IMG/VR virus record: IMGVR_UViG_3300027996_000014
Location: 1 to 64,000 of that record
Strand: one strand, 5' to 3'
From: a virus
DNA: 64,000 nucleotides
The number at the start of each line of letters is the position of its first letter. Within the stretch, counting starts at the first letter, position 1. Under the pieces are notes generated by a model. It saw nothing but the letters and a program-made list of their open reading frames with translations. It did not search any database and was not told the DNA's origin. Positions 9,969 to 19,134 of the stretch are shown in pieces. The position numbers were made by a program, and so were the translations under genes.

Positions 9969-10583
9969 TTAACAGTCTCCACATCCACAATCGCATAAAT
10001 TATCACATATAGTTTTAGAAGTAGCAATTAATTCGTCTACTCTAGTTATATTTAAACATGAAAATGCTGATTGAATACCGTATAATAGTATTTCTAATTG
10101 ATTTATTTTATCTTTTATTTTTTCTAAAGTATTACTATCACACTCAGTAACAGATTTATTCTTTAGTTTTAGAATGCAATTTTTTAAAGTGCAAGTATTT
10201 AACATATACTGATCTTTATTAGTATATATGTTTGAGGCACTTGTTAATGTATACATTAATGAATACACACCATCTCCTATTGTCCATCCAGCTTGAGATA
10301 TAGCTAAAAATTCAGAAGGTAGGGGTGCCCCTGCTACTCCTGAATACACATCTATTACACCATTATATAATATAAAATTACTATATAAGGTAGTTTTACT
10401 ATAATCGTAAATTTCTAAATTTGCAGTTAATATTTCAGATGTATCAATATTACTTGCAACACTTCCACTATTAACCCACCCTTCAGGATTAGATGTAACG
10501 TTGTATGGTCCTGTTTGCTCATAAATATCAACTTTATCGCATTTATTAGAGATACATACTTTTATTTTTGGAACGAGAGCCAT
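9969..10583 (-). CDS. virion structural protein with Cys-rich C-terminus
   Basis: 204 aa ending CDNLCDCGCGDC; position in the structural block. Confidence 0.5.
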   Translation of the reverse strand: MALVPKIKVCISNKCDKVDIYEQTGPYNVTSNPEGWVNSGSVASNIDTSEILTANLEIYDYSKTTLYSNFILYNGVIDVYSGVAGAPLPSEFLAISQAGWTIGDGVYSLMYTLTSASNIYTNKDQYMLNTCTLKNCILKLKNKSVTECDSNTLEKIKDKINQLEILLYGIQSAFSCLNITRVDELIATSKTICDNLCDCGCGDC

Positions 10584-10606
10584 ACATTAAATTTTTAATT
10601 TCTATT

Positions 10607-10614
10607 CAAAAGTA
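10607..10614 (-). promoter_or_regulatory. Bacteroidota sigma70-type -7 element (TACTTTTG)
   Basis: Matches TAnnTTTG, about 24 nt upstream of the 10583 start and just after a terminator. Confidence 0.5.
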
Positions 10615-10635
10615 GTAAATATTATTGACAATTAA

Positions 10636-10682
10636 TAAAAAAAGTAGCCCATCACTGACAGCAATGTTGTGACAGGCTACTG
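10636..10682 (-). terminator. intrinsic terminator after 10719..12050
   Basis: Minus strand AGTAGCC...GGGCTACT hairpin followed by a T-run. Confidence 0.7.
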
Positions 10683-10718
10683 AGTTTTCGAGAGAGAAAA
10701 CATTTTTTTTATAAACTT

Positions 10719-12050
10719 TTATGCATCAAAGTCTGCAGCAGTCAATCCCATTGCAACAACTAATGTTTCTGCAGTTGAACCTGAAGTTGCTAGAACACCA
10801 GCAGCATCTAAGTTTGTATAAAGAACTACATTTCCTTTAGCACCTGATTGTGATACAAGACCAGTAATAGTTTCTGTCCATGAAATATTCAAAGTAGAAT
10901 ATCTAGAAAGTGCAGCTGTTGCTCCACTTACTCCTGGAATCTTAACAGTTTGATCTCTCATTGTTGGTGGAACACCTATCATTCCGTTTTGACCTTCAAA
11001 TCCATAAGACATATACTCATCCATTGCAACTTGTTGCCATACTCCTGAACCATTTCTAGCTCCTTGGATAGTTGTAATTAAAGTAGCAGTATCTGAGAAA
11101 GATGCTGTGAAACGGTTTGAATAGTAATTTCTAAATGCGTTAACATCGAAATCAGCAACATTACCTGTAACTCTAACTCCACATTCAGCAAGTATAGATG
11201 CTGCTGCTAAAATTCTTCGAGCAGTTCCTATAGCTACTGTAGCAGTTGCTTCTTGAAAAGCGTAAGTTAAAGTAATTTTAGTTTTAGTAGTTGCAGTTCC
11301 TAATACTACTGATTTTATTTTGTAAATAGAACTAGTAGTTGCGGCTGCTACTTTAATCACATCTCCTGCAGCAAGAGCAATACCTCCACTAGTAAGGGTA
11401 GCTGTTACTCCTACTAAAGCTGATTCTACTACTCTGCTTCCTTTAGTAAATACTAAATTAGCAACTGCGCCTGCACCTGTAGCAGCTAGTGCTGCACCTG
11501 CTTCATCACAAAGAGCACTAAAAGTTAAATAGCGATTAGCTGGTTCATCTATCATATTTACAATACCATTTTCAACTAATCCTAAAGCTAACTCTTCTTG
11601 TGTAGCTGTTGCATCAGTTTTAAATTGTGCAAATAAACTAGCTGGTTGGCTTCTATTAGCTGCATCACTATCATTCTTTTGTAATTTAATAAAGTATGAA
11701 GTATCATTTGCAGATGGTAAAGAACCTGCTGTTCCATTATAACCAATAGTTGATATTTGTTGTACTGCAGGTAAATGCTTTTGAATAGAAGTAGCATAAG
11801 CTCCTTTGGTAATTACAGGTGATTTCATTAAAGGTGAACTTGTACCTTTGCCTTGTATTAGCATAAATTTATCAGTAGCTGATAAAGCTGTAAAAGCTGC
11901 TGCACTTAATCTTACTAATCCTTCGTTTACTAGAACTACTGCTCCATTTCCTAAATTAGCTGATGTCACCACTACACCTTCTGCTGGTAACGTTGTTACT
12001 GTTTCGTCATCTAACACTACAGAAAACACATTGTTTGCGGGTCTTAACAT
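10719..12050 (-). CDS. abundant structural protein (auxiliary capsid-like)
   Basis: 443 aa, Ala/Thr/Gly-rich, has its own terminator, downstream of MCP as in crAss-like gene order. Confidence 0.55.
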   Translation of the reverse strand: MLRPANNVFSVVLDDETVTTLPAEGVVVTSANLGNGAVVLVNEGLVRLSAAAFTALSATDKFMLIQGKGTSSPLMKSPVITKGAYATSIQKHLPAVQQISTIGYNGTAGSLPSANDTSYFIKLQKNDSDAANRSQPASLFAQFKTDATATQEELALGLVENGIVNMIDEPANRYLTFSALCDEAGAALAATGAGAVANLVFTKGSRVVESALVGVTATLTSGGIALAAGDVIKVAAATTSSIYKIKSVVLGTATTKTKITLTYAFQEATATVAIGTARRILAAASILAECGVRVTGNVADFDVNAFRNYYSNRFTASFSDTATLITTIQGARNGSGVWQQVAMDEYMSYGFEGQNGMIGVPPTMRDQTVKIPGVSGATAALSRYSTLNISWTETITGLVSQSGAKGNVVLYTNLDAAGVLATSGSTAETLVVAMGLTAADFDA

Positions 12051-12103
12051 TTTGTTTGTTTTAAATTATTATTTATTATTATTTATTTACTATTTACTAT
12101 TTA

Positions 12104-12847
12104 CTATTCTAAGTCTTTAAATGACTCAACGGTTACTAATTCTTGTTCTTTTACTCTTTCTAACATTAAACTAGTTGCAATATCTACAATTGCATTATGA
12201 GTAGAATCATCAAGTATAGAATTTCTCATATTTGATGGAGTTGTATTATCTACTGTAATTCCTCTAGGTTGTATAAGATAACTCATACCATATGAAGTTA
12301 TTCCAAAAGTTCCATCTGTAACTAACTGATGACGTTTTTGTGTTCTTCCTGATACCCATCCATCATTATATCTTGAATACACTAATCTCCATACTAATGC
12401 AGCTCCATAAGATTTAAAAAAAGGTTTTTTATATTTATTATTTTTTAATCTAGAAAACTCATCATGTGAAATTACACTTACGCTTGCTTCTATTGGTAAA
12501 TTATTACAATCTTCTTTATCAATAACAATATCTTCATTAATAGTATACATAAAATTTTTAGGTAAATCATAAAATATACCATTTGTTAAAACTCCAGCTT
12601 GATAAGTAGAAACATCAAGGGAAGAAATTCTTTTAATAAGTGCACTAAGCCCTTGATTTCTAACCTCTGTTTCTTCAAAACTTTCACTTTTACGGTTATT
12701 TTTTCCGTCAATAAATTTTTTTACATATAACATTTCAGCTTCAGTAAGAACACTAGATAATTCAAAATCTTCATATCCAGGTGAACCATAACTAGATGAT
12801 CTATCTAATTTAAGTTCTAATAATTGTCCCATACTGTTTCCGTCCAT
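12104..12847 (-). CDS. crAss-like head-tail ring/adaptor protein
   Basis: PGYEDFELSSVLTEAE N-terminal and HNAIVDIA C-terminal motifs resemble crAss ring proteins; gene order. Confidence 0.55.
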   Translation of the reverse strand: MDGNSMGQLLELKLDRSSSYGSPGYEDFELSSVLTEAEMLYVKKFIDGKNNRKSESFEETEVRNQGLSALIKRISSLDVSTYQAGVLTNGIFYDLPKNFMYTINEDIVIDKEDCNNLPIEASVSVISHDEFSRLKNNKYKKPFFKSYGAALVWRLVYSRYNDGWVSGRTQKRHQLVTDGTFGITSYGMSYLIQPRGITVDNTTPSNMRNSILDDSTHNAIVDIATSLMLERVKEQELVTVESFKDLE

Positions 12848-12849
12848 TA

Positions 12850-13803
12850 TTATTTCTTTTTAAACATTTCTACTCGTGACTTAACTCTAGCTTTTACTTC
12901 TTGATTTTCTACATCAGCAAGATAATTAATAGTTGAATTAAGATCTCCTAGTTCAATGCCATTATCTGAAACATAACGATTCTTGTTCATTCTTTTAATA
13001 GCTCCTGCCTCAACTGCATCTTGGATAAATATCTTAGATGCATATGATGGATCATTAACTAATGCTAAAAATGTACTAGCGTTATTTTCTAATACGTTTA
13101 AAACTTCTCCTTTTAACCAATCATCATCATGTTTAATTGGAATTACTCTACCTAATGATTTAATAAAGTCAATCATTGTAGATTTACTTCTTGTAATTTC
13201 TGCGTATTTAATATATGCAGCTGACTGAATTTCAGCTTCTTCAAGTTTACGAGAAACAATTTTTCCTTCAGTTACAATCATAAATTCATATGTAGCTTTT
13301 AACTTACGGTCATCAAATGATGGTGCAATATGCATAGTATTAATTATTAAAATTTTATACTTTAACATATCCATTATCCTATTCAAGTTAAGAGTTAATC
13401 CTTTTTTAGTCAAAGTAACTCTTGCCTTTTTACTATTTTTCCAAAAGTTAGTATCATGTCCATTATAAGGATTCATGTCTTCACCTAATTCTTTTTCAAA
13501 GAACTCTTGTTCTGTCATTCCCGTAGGAAAATCTGCTATGTATTTTTCGATAAATACTCGTTTAGTATTATCTAAAATTACTTTTACTCCACCTCCATTT
13601 CTTTCGTTATTAAGAGGTACTTGAAAACTTCGTTTTACTTTATTATAAATAAAAGGATCTTTTTTCATTTCTTGACCTTTTACTAATAAAGTTTTCCATT
13701 TACCTGATGACTCAACAGGCTTAACATCTACAACTCTATCTTCTAAAAAACTACCATAAACAATAGTAGTTTTTTTCTTTTCTTTTATTACTGTGCTGTC
13801 CAT
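12850..13803 (-). CDS. conserved crAss-like protein downstream of MCP
   Basis: 317 aa; position directly after MCP. Confidence 0.55.
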   Translation of the reverse strand: MDSTVIKEKKKTTIVYGSFLEDRVVDVKPVESSGKWKTLLVKGQEMKKDPFIYNKVKRSFQVPLNNERNGGGVKVILDNTKRVFIEKYIADFPTGMTEQEFFEKELGEDMNPYNGHDTNFWKNSKKARVTLTKKGLTLNLNRIMDMLKYKILIINTMHIAPSFDDRKLKATYEFMIVTEGKIVSRKLEEAEIQSAAYIKYAEITRSKSTMIDFIKSLGRVIPIKHDDDWLKGEVLNVLENNASTFLALVNDPSYASKIFIQDAVEAGAIKRMNKNRYVSDNGIELGDLNSTINYLADVENQEVKARVKSRVEMFKKK

Positions 13804-13835
13804 AATTTTTATTTATTTTTTCTCTCGTTTATTAA

Positions 13836-13864
13836 TAAATCCCCCTACCGAAGCAGGGGGATAT
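13836..13864 (-). terminator. hairpin terminator after MCP
   Basis: Minus strand TCCCCCTGC-TTCG-GTAGGGGGA followed by TTTATT. Confidence 0.7.
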
Positions 13865-13879
13865 TATATTTATATTTAT

Positions 13880-15388
13880 TTATCTTGCGACATTTAATCT
13901 TAAATCAACTACTTTAGTTGGATCTTCAATCATCATACCACCCCACTTTTGCAAGTGAACTTCATATCCATCAATAGCTGATGCTACTAATTTTGGTGCT
14001 TTTTTACCACCTGCTGAAAAAGGATCTCTCATTCCTGGGATATATGCCCAATTATAATCTGGAACACCTTTTGGCTTAACTCTATAAATTCCAGCATCAT
14101 CACCGTAATCAAGTGCTAAAATTCTATGTGACTCAGTTCCTCCTAATCCATCTGGATGACGTTGTGGAAAATATACATCATCATCAAAGAAATCAAGGAT
14201 TTCAACTACAATACGTACACCATTATACCATTCATAGATATTGTACTGAGGCTCCATTGCCATTTTAGTATTATTACCACCAATGTTTCCTGCTTTAGAA
14301 TTACCTGTTAAAAATTTATCAGATACAATAGTAATGTTATTACCACTTTTAGCTTGGATTTGCTTAGAGATTTCAATTGCTCCAAATTCACCTGTTAACA
14401 AGTGGATTGTACGCTTACCTCTTTCAATTTTACCAATACCCATATCTAATAGTAACTCAAGATGCCAATCTAAATCATATGAGTTATAATAGTGAACGTT
14501 TGATGGAGCAATTTGCTCAAAGAAACCTGCACCTGACTCAATAGCATATTTAGTCTTATCATCTTTGTTTAAATACTTATGATCAGATGTCCAGTTACGC
14601 TTACCATATACACACATACGAGCAAACATTTCTTCACACTGATGATGAGCAACCATATCTTGATAGTTGATCCATACTTTTTCTTCAACACCTTGATAGT
14701 TAAATCCAAACTCTAATGGTTCGTTTTTACCTTTATTAATAGTGTTACCTGCAACCTTGTACTCCATACGTAATGTAGAAGGACGGTTTTCCATTCTCCA
14801 AGGAGAAGTAAAATAAGGTTCAGCACCTTGGTAAGATAAAGTAGAAGGAGAAAGAGAATAAAATTTAGACCATCTTGTTCCAATAGCTAATTCCTCAGAA
14901 GGAACAGTCATAGTAGCGTCAGATGTAACTAACTCAACTTCATATTTATAACGAGAACCTGCATCCATTGATTTCTTAACAAGTAAATGATATGCATCAT
15001 TTTCTCCTTTAAGTACATTAGACTCTTCAAATAAAGGCTCATCGAAAATTAAGAAAAATCTTTCACCGTTTGCTCCAATGTTAGCTGGGAACGAAGCACC
15101 AGAAATAGTATCTCCTGAAATAGTTTCAGCATCTACTAAAGGTAGATTTTTATCATGTTGCCCTTGCAACATCCAGTTATAGAATCCGTTTTCTTGATCA
15201 ACTTCCTTTACAGGAAAACGATCAACAAATTCACGTAATTTACCTTGAAGATTAGTTTTGTAAATTTGTTTAATTACAGAACTAATAAGTTCAGGCTTTT
15301 GCATGTAAAGCGCATGAAAATGATTGTCTGTTACCAAACCATTATAATCTGTTGCTTCATACTTTTGTAAAGGAAGTAATTGTCCCAT
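13880..15388 (-). CDS. major capsid protein (crAss-like)
   Basis: 502 aa; N-terminal GLVTDNH motif similar to crAss MCPs; terL-portal-scaffold-MCP order; followed by a strong terminator. Confidence 0.85.
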   Translation of the reverse strand: MGQLLPLQKYEATDYNGLVTDNHFHALYMQKPELISSVIKQIYKTNLQGKLREFVDRFPVKEVDQENGFYNWMLQGQHDKNLPLVDAETISGDTISGASFPANIGANGERFFLIFDEPLFEESNVLKGENDAYHLLVKKSMDAGSRYKYEVELVTSDATMTVPSEELAIGTRWSKFYSLSPSTLSYQGAEPYFTSPWRMENRPSTLRMEYKVAGNTINKGKNEPLEFGFNYQGVEEKVWINYQDMVAHHQCEEMFARMCVYGKRNWTSDHKYLNKDDKTKYAIESGAGFFEQIAPSNVHYYNSYDLDWHLELLLDMGIGKIERGKRTIHLLTGEFGAIEISKQIQAKSGNNITIVSDKFLTGNSKAGNIGGNNTKMAMEPQYNIYEWYNGVRIVVEILDFFDDDVYFPQRHPDGLGGTESHRILALDYGDDAGIYRVKPKGVPDYNWAYIPGMRDPFSAGGKKAPKLVASAIDGYEVHLQKWGGMMIEDPTKVVDLRLNVAR

Positions 15389-15417
15389 TTTTTGTTTTTG
15401 TTTATTTATTTAACAAT

Positions 15418-16566
15418 TTATTTATTTTTACTCGCATTCTCTAACATATCTAATATACTTTTAGTTCTTTCAGAACCTTCAGTAGCAGCTCTCCCAACTC
15501 CTCTTTCATTATTAGCAGCAATAACTTTATCCATTTCACTTACGGCTTTTGTCTTAGCTACATTTTTTAATTTACTAATATTAGGTTTAAATGTTCCTTC
15601 TTTAGTTGAATCAAATAATCCTATAGAATCATAATAATTAATAAGCATTTCAAATTCAGAAGGATTTTTCATTTGTTTATACATTAAACTAGTATAAGCT
15701 TTTCCATTATCATCTGTATATACAGTATTAGTAATATTATTTTTTAATTTTTCTTTTCCTATTTTATTAATACTAAGACCATCTACAAAAGAATCTTTTT
15801 CATCAATAGTATTTAATAATGTATTAAACATTTCTTGATTTCTTGCTTGCTCATTTTGTATATTAGCATTGTTTTGTGCTCTTGTATGTTCAACTTTATC
15901 AGTTAAATCTTGTTTTAAAACTGGAGCATATTTTAAAGCTTTGTCTTTAACATTACCTAAAGAAACTGCTTCTTGTACCGCTTCTATTGCATCGTTATCA
16001 GAAAAATTCTTTGACTTTAAATAGTCAAAGTATATATTTTGCTGAAGATTTGTATCTCCCGATATAGTATCTTCAGTCAATGTGTCAAAGAACTCTAATT
16101 GTTGTGCAGTTTGCACAGCGTTATCAGCGTTAGTAAAAGCATCTTCAATTTCTAAGAATCTTTTCTTAGCTCCTGAAAAACCACTTTTCCAATTTTTTTG
16201 TTTCTCTTCAATATTTGTATCAATTGTAGATGCCATTAATTTTTTAATGGTATCAGCAGAAGCATTTTTTAATAATTCAGTTAACTTTTCTTCGTCTTCT
16301 TCATTATTAATTACTCCGTCTTTCATTAAATCTTTAATGATTGCGGAATACATATTATTACTAACAGGCTCATTACTTGAAGAACTTTCTTCAACTTCCT
16401 TGTTTGTAACTGGCTCAATTGTCAAATTATTATTAAGTACACCGTTGTCTACTTCTTTGTTATCTTCTCCCTCACTTTCCTCATTAGAATTACCTGTTAA
16501 ATTGTTTTCAATTTCTTGAGGTGACAATATTGTAATTCCTTCAAATAAATTTTCTTTTTCACTCAT
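15418..16566 (-). CDS. acidic scaffold-like protein
   Basis: Acidic low-complexity N-terminus and helical body; between portal and MCP. Confidence 0.6.
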   Translation of the reverse strand: MSEKENLFEGITILSPQEIENNLTGNSNEESEGEDNKEVDNGVLNNNLTIEPVTNKEVEESSSSNEPVSNNMYSAIIKDLMKDGVINNEEDEEKLTELLKNASADTIKKLMASTIDTNIEEKQKNWKSGFSGAKKRFLEIEDAFTNADNAVQTAQQLEFFDTLTEDTISGDTNLQQNIYFDYLKSKNFSDNDAIEAVQEAVSLGNVKDKALKYAPVLKQDLTDKVEHTRAQNNANIQNEQARNQEMFNTLLNTIDEKDSFVDGLSINKIGKEKLKNNITNTVYTDDNGKAYTSLMYKQMKNPSEFEMLINYYDSIGLFDSTKEGTFKPNISKLKNVAKTKAVSEMDKVIAANNERGVGRAATEGSERTKSILDMLENASKNK

Positions 16567-16652
16567 GTTGCTGTCTTATTAATACAATATTAAAAATATT
16601 TTTATAAATTATTTAATTATCGTTTATTATAATTATCTATAATGCTATAGCG

Positions 16653-19082
16653 TTATTTTAATTTTGCATTTGGTTTATTAATTATTTGTTTTATTTTTAT
16701 TCCCTCGTTTACCAGATTAGAACGTTTCTTCTCTGCTTGATCTTCTTCTTTTAAGTTAATTTGTTTATTCTTATAATTTTCATCAATATCTGTTCTTCTT
16801 AAATCAAGACTATCATTTATTCCATTCTTATCTGAATCAACTCTTATATTTTCTCGATCTTCTCGATCTACAGAATATGATTCTGTAGTATGAATAGCTC
16901 TATCTTTTTGTTCTATTTCAGCATATTTAACATCACGATCTTTTTGATTTTCATTAGCTTTAAATTGTCGATCTTGTTGTTTATCTTGCATTTGCATTTG
17001 TTGCATTTTCTGCGAACTTTCTTCTGCTTGTTGCTGTTGTTGTTTTTGTTCTTCTGCAATTTTTTCTGCAGAATCTCTTAATTTTCTAGCAATCTCTTGT
17101 ACAGATTCAGATTGAGTAATTGAAATTAAATCTTCAATTTTAGCTTGACCGTTTTGGATAGCTGCTTGAGATAATTGTTTCATCTCTTGGTATAATTGCG
17201 TATCCTCTGTAGAATTAGAAATATGTATATCCATTTCAGAAAAAACGAATTCATCAAATTGATCAACCATTTCCATTCCCATATCATCTAATAAGTATTG
17301 AGCTTTTTTAGGATTTTGTTTATATGCGTATTTACAGCATTCTAAAAACTTAGTCAATGCTCTTTTTCTAAAATTAGCATCCATTGCAAACCATTTTTCA
17401 GTAATATGAGAAGTTTGTGCAACTTCTCTTTCTACATTTCCTACTGCTTGCCTGTTTTGTATTTGCCCTTCTCTTGCTCCAGAAACACCAGCTACTTTAC
17501 CTAAAGTACTTTCAATATCTAATAATAAATTAGTATACATTTGAATAGCATTAGGATCTCCTACTTGTACACTAGTTGCTGTAACTGTATTGTAAGCTCC
17601 TGCAGATTTACCTTGAGCAGGTCCTTTTAATATTTCATTTGTTGGATCCAACCATGCAATTTTATTAATGGTTGCATATCTTATCCATTCTTTTGGATCC
17701 CATCCTGAAGGAACCATTGATGAATTAATAGCGGCAAAAGAACCTTTATATGTAGCTATTTCTAATTCTCGTTTATAATATGCAATATCATAAGAGAATG
17801 TTAAAGGTTTCATTATATCAGTTAATGATTGTACAGCATATCCATTTGTACTATTAACTGTTCCTATATAAGGAGGAGTTCCTTTAGATTTGTTTACTAA
17901 TGATTTACCTGAATAAGGAATAGGTTTCATTCCAACATAAATATCATCACCAATTTTAGTTCCTTCTAACCATTCATTAATCCATTTCCATTCTACCTCT
18001 TCACCCATCTCATCATTACGTACATAATTTTCATCTACGTAATCATATTGTTCATCTCCATCTTTATCGTAATATTTTCGTTTTCCAATCTTACGCCTTG
18101 ATCGCCAGCATACTTTTAATACTCTAATTTTACCTTGAGTATCAAATGCTCCACCAAAAGTTCTAGTTCCCATAGAATTAGGATGAAATATTTCTAACTC
18201 ATCTGCTGAACCATAATATTCATTAATTCCAATATCTCTATTTAATCCAAGATTAGTATCAGATGATCCTTTTTCTAAAAAATCAATATCTTTAGTTTGC
18301 AACTCATCCCAATAATCATCGATTACTTTACCAATAGAAGAATATCCATACTCAACAATAATGTCTGAGTTTTCAATATTCATATCATTACCACCAAATG
18401 TATAAAGATTCATTGTATTTACTCTACGCATTACTGGTTCTCCACCAAGCACACCACAATAAACAATTTGTTCTCCTCCAACAAGAAGATCTTCAAAAGT
18501 ACGTAAGAATAAAAAGTCTAAATTTTGTTCTTTATATTCTCTTTTTAATATTTTATTAGCTGTTATCTCTGCAATATCTTGATAATCATATTTAGTATAT
18601 TTTGAAAATGCCGCTAAATCTTTTTGAATTTCTTCTTCAGACTTTTTTGAATTAGTAATACTATCATTAACAATAGTTCTTAATTTATCCATTAGTACTC
18701 CTTCTTTTCTAGAAATACCTTCTTGATCATTAGATGATAAAAATGCTCTATATTCTTTTTTTCTTTTTGAATATTCACCTATTAATAAATTAAGCTTACT
18801 ATTCTCAATTCCTACATGTTGAAAGTTTGCAGGTAATGTAGATAAGTCTAAATTATCAGGGTTTATATATTGTTGGAAGTCATTAACATTTATAATATTA
18901 GCTCGAAGATCGTAATTAGTTTTTTTATTTTTAAAACTATTTCTTAGATCACTATCTGAGATTAATATATTCTCAGCAAAGTCAATATTATTTTTGTACC
19001 ACTTATCATTTTTTTTAGAATCAGCTAACTTCTGTCTAGGAAAATTAGTAAAAGCTTGCATTTTAGATGAACTTTGTCCCAT
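16653..19082 (-). CDS. portal protein
   Basis: 809 aa; FPRQKL N-terminus, GVSGAREGQI motif, Gln-rich coiled C-terminus; follows terL. Confidence 0.85.
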   Translation of the reverse strand: MGQSSSKMQAFTNFPRQKLADSKKNDKWYKNNIDFAENILISDSDLRNSFKNKKTNYDLRANIINVNDFQQYINPDNLDLSTLPANFQHVGIENSKLNLLIGEYSKRKKEYRAFLSSNDQEGISRKEGVLMDKLRTIVNDSITNSKKSEEEIQKDLAAFSKYTKYDYQDIAEITANKILKREYKEQNLDFLFLRTFEDLLVGGEQIVYCGVLGGEPVMRRVNTMNLYTFGGNDMNIENSDIIVEYGYSSIGKVIDDYWDELQTKDIDFLEKGSSDTNLGLNRDIGINEYYGSADELEIFHPNSMGTRTFGGAFDTQGKIRVLKVCWRSRRKIGKRKYYDKDGDEQYDYVDENYVRNDEMGEEVEWKWINEWLEGTKIGDDIYVGMKPIPYSGKSLVNKSKGTPPYIGTVNSTNGYAVQSLTDIMKPLTFSYDIAYYKRELEIATYKGSFAAINSSMVPSGWDPKEWIRYATINKIAWLDPTNEILKGPAQGKSAGAYNTVTATSVQVGDPNAIQMYTNLLLDIESTLGKVAGVSGAREGQIQNRQAVGNVEREVAQTSHITEKWFAMDANFRKRALTKFLECCKYAYKQNPKKAQYLLDDMGMEMVDQFDEFVFSEMDIHISNSTEDTQLYQEMKQLSQAAIQNGQAKIEDLISITQSESVQEIARKLRDSAEKIAEEQKQQQQQAEESSQKMQQMQMQDKQQDRQFKANENQKDRDVKYAEIEQKDRAIHTTESYSVDREDRENIRVDSDKNGINDSLDLRRTDIDENYKNKQINLKEEDQAEKKRSNLVNEGIKIKQIINKPNAKLK

Positions 19083-19103
19083 ATGTCATTATAGTTTAAT
19101 AAA

Positions 19104-19111
19104 CAAATTTA
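19104..19111 (-). promoter_or_regulatory. Bacteroidota -7 element (TAAATTTG) upstream of portal
   Basis: Matches TAnnTTTG about 22 nt before the ATG. Confidence 0.5.
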
Positions 19112-19134
19112 CACATAATAATTAATATTAACAA

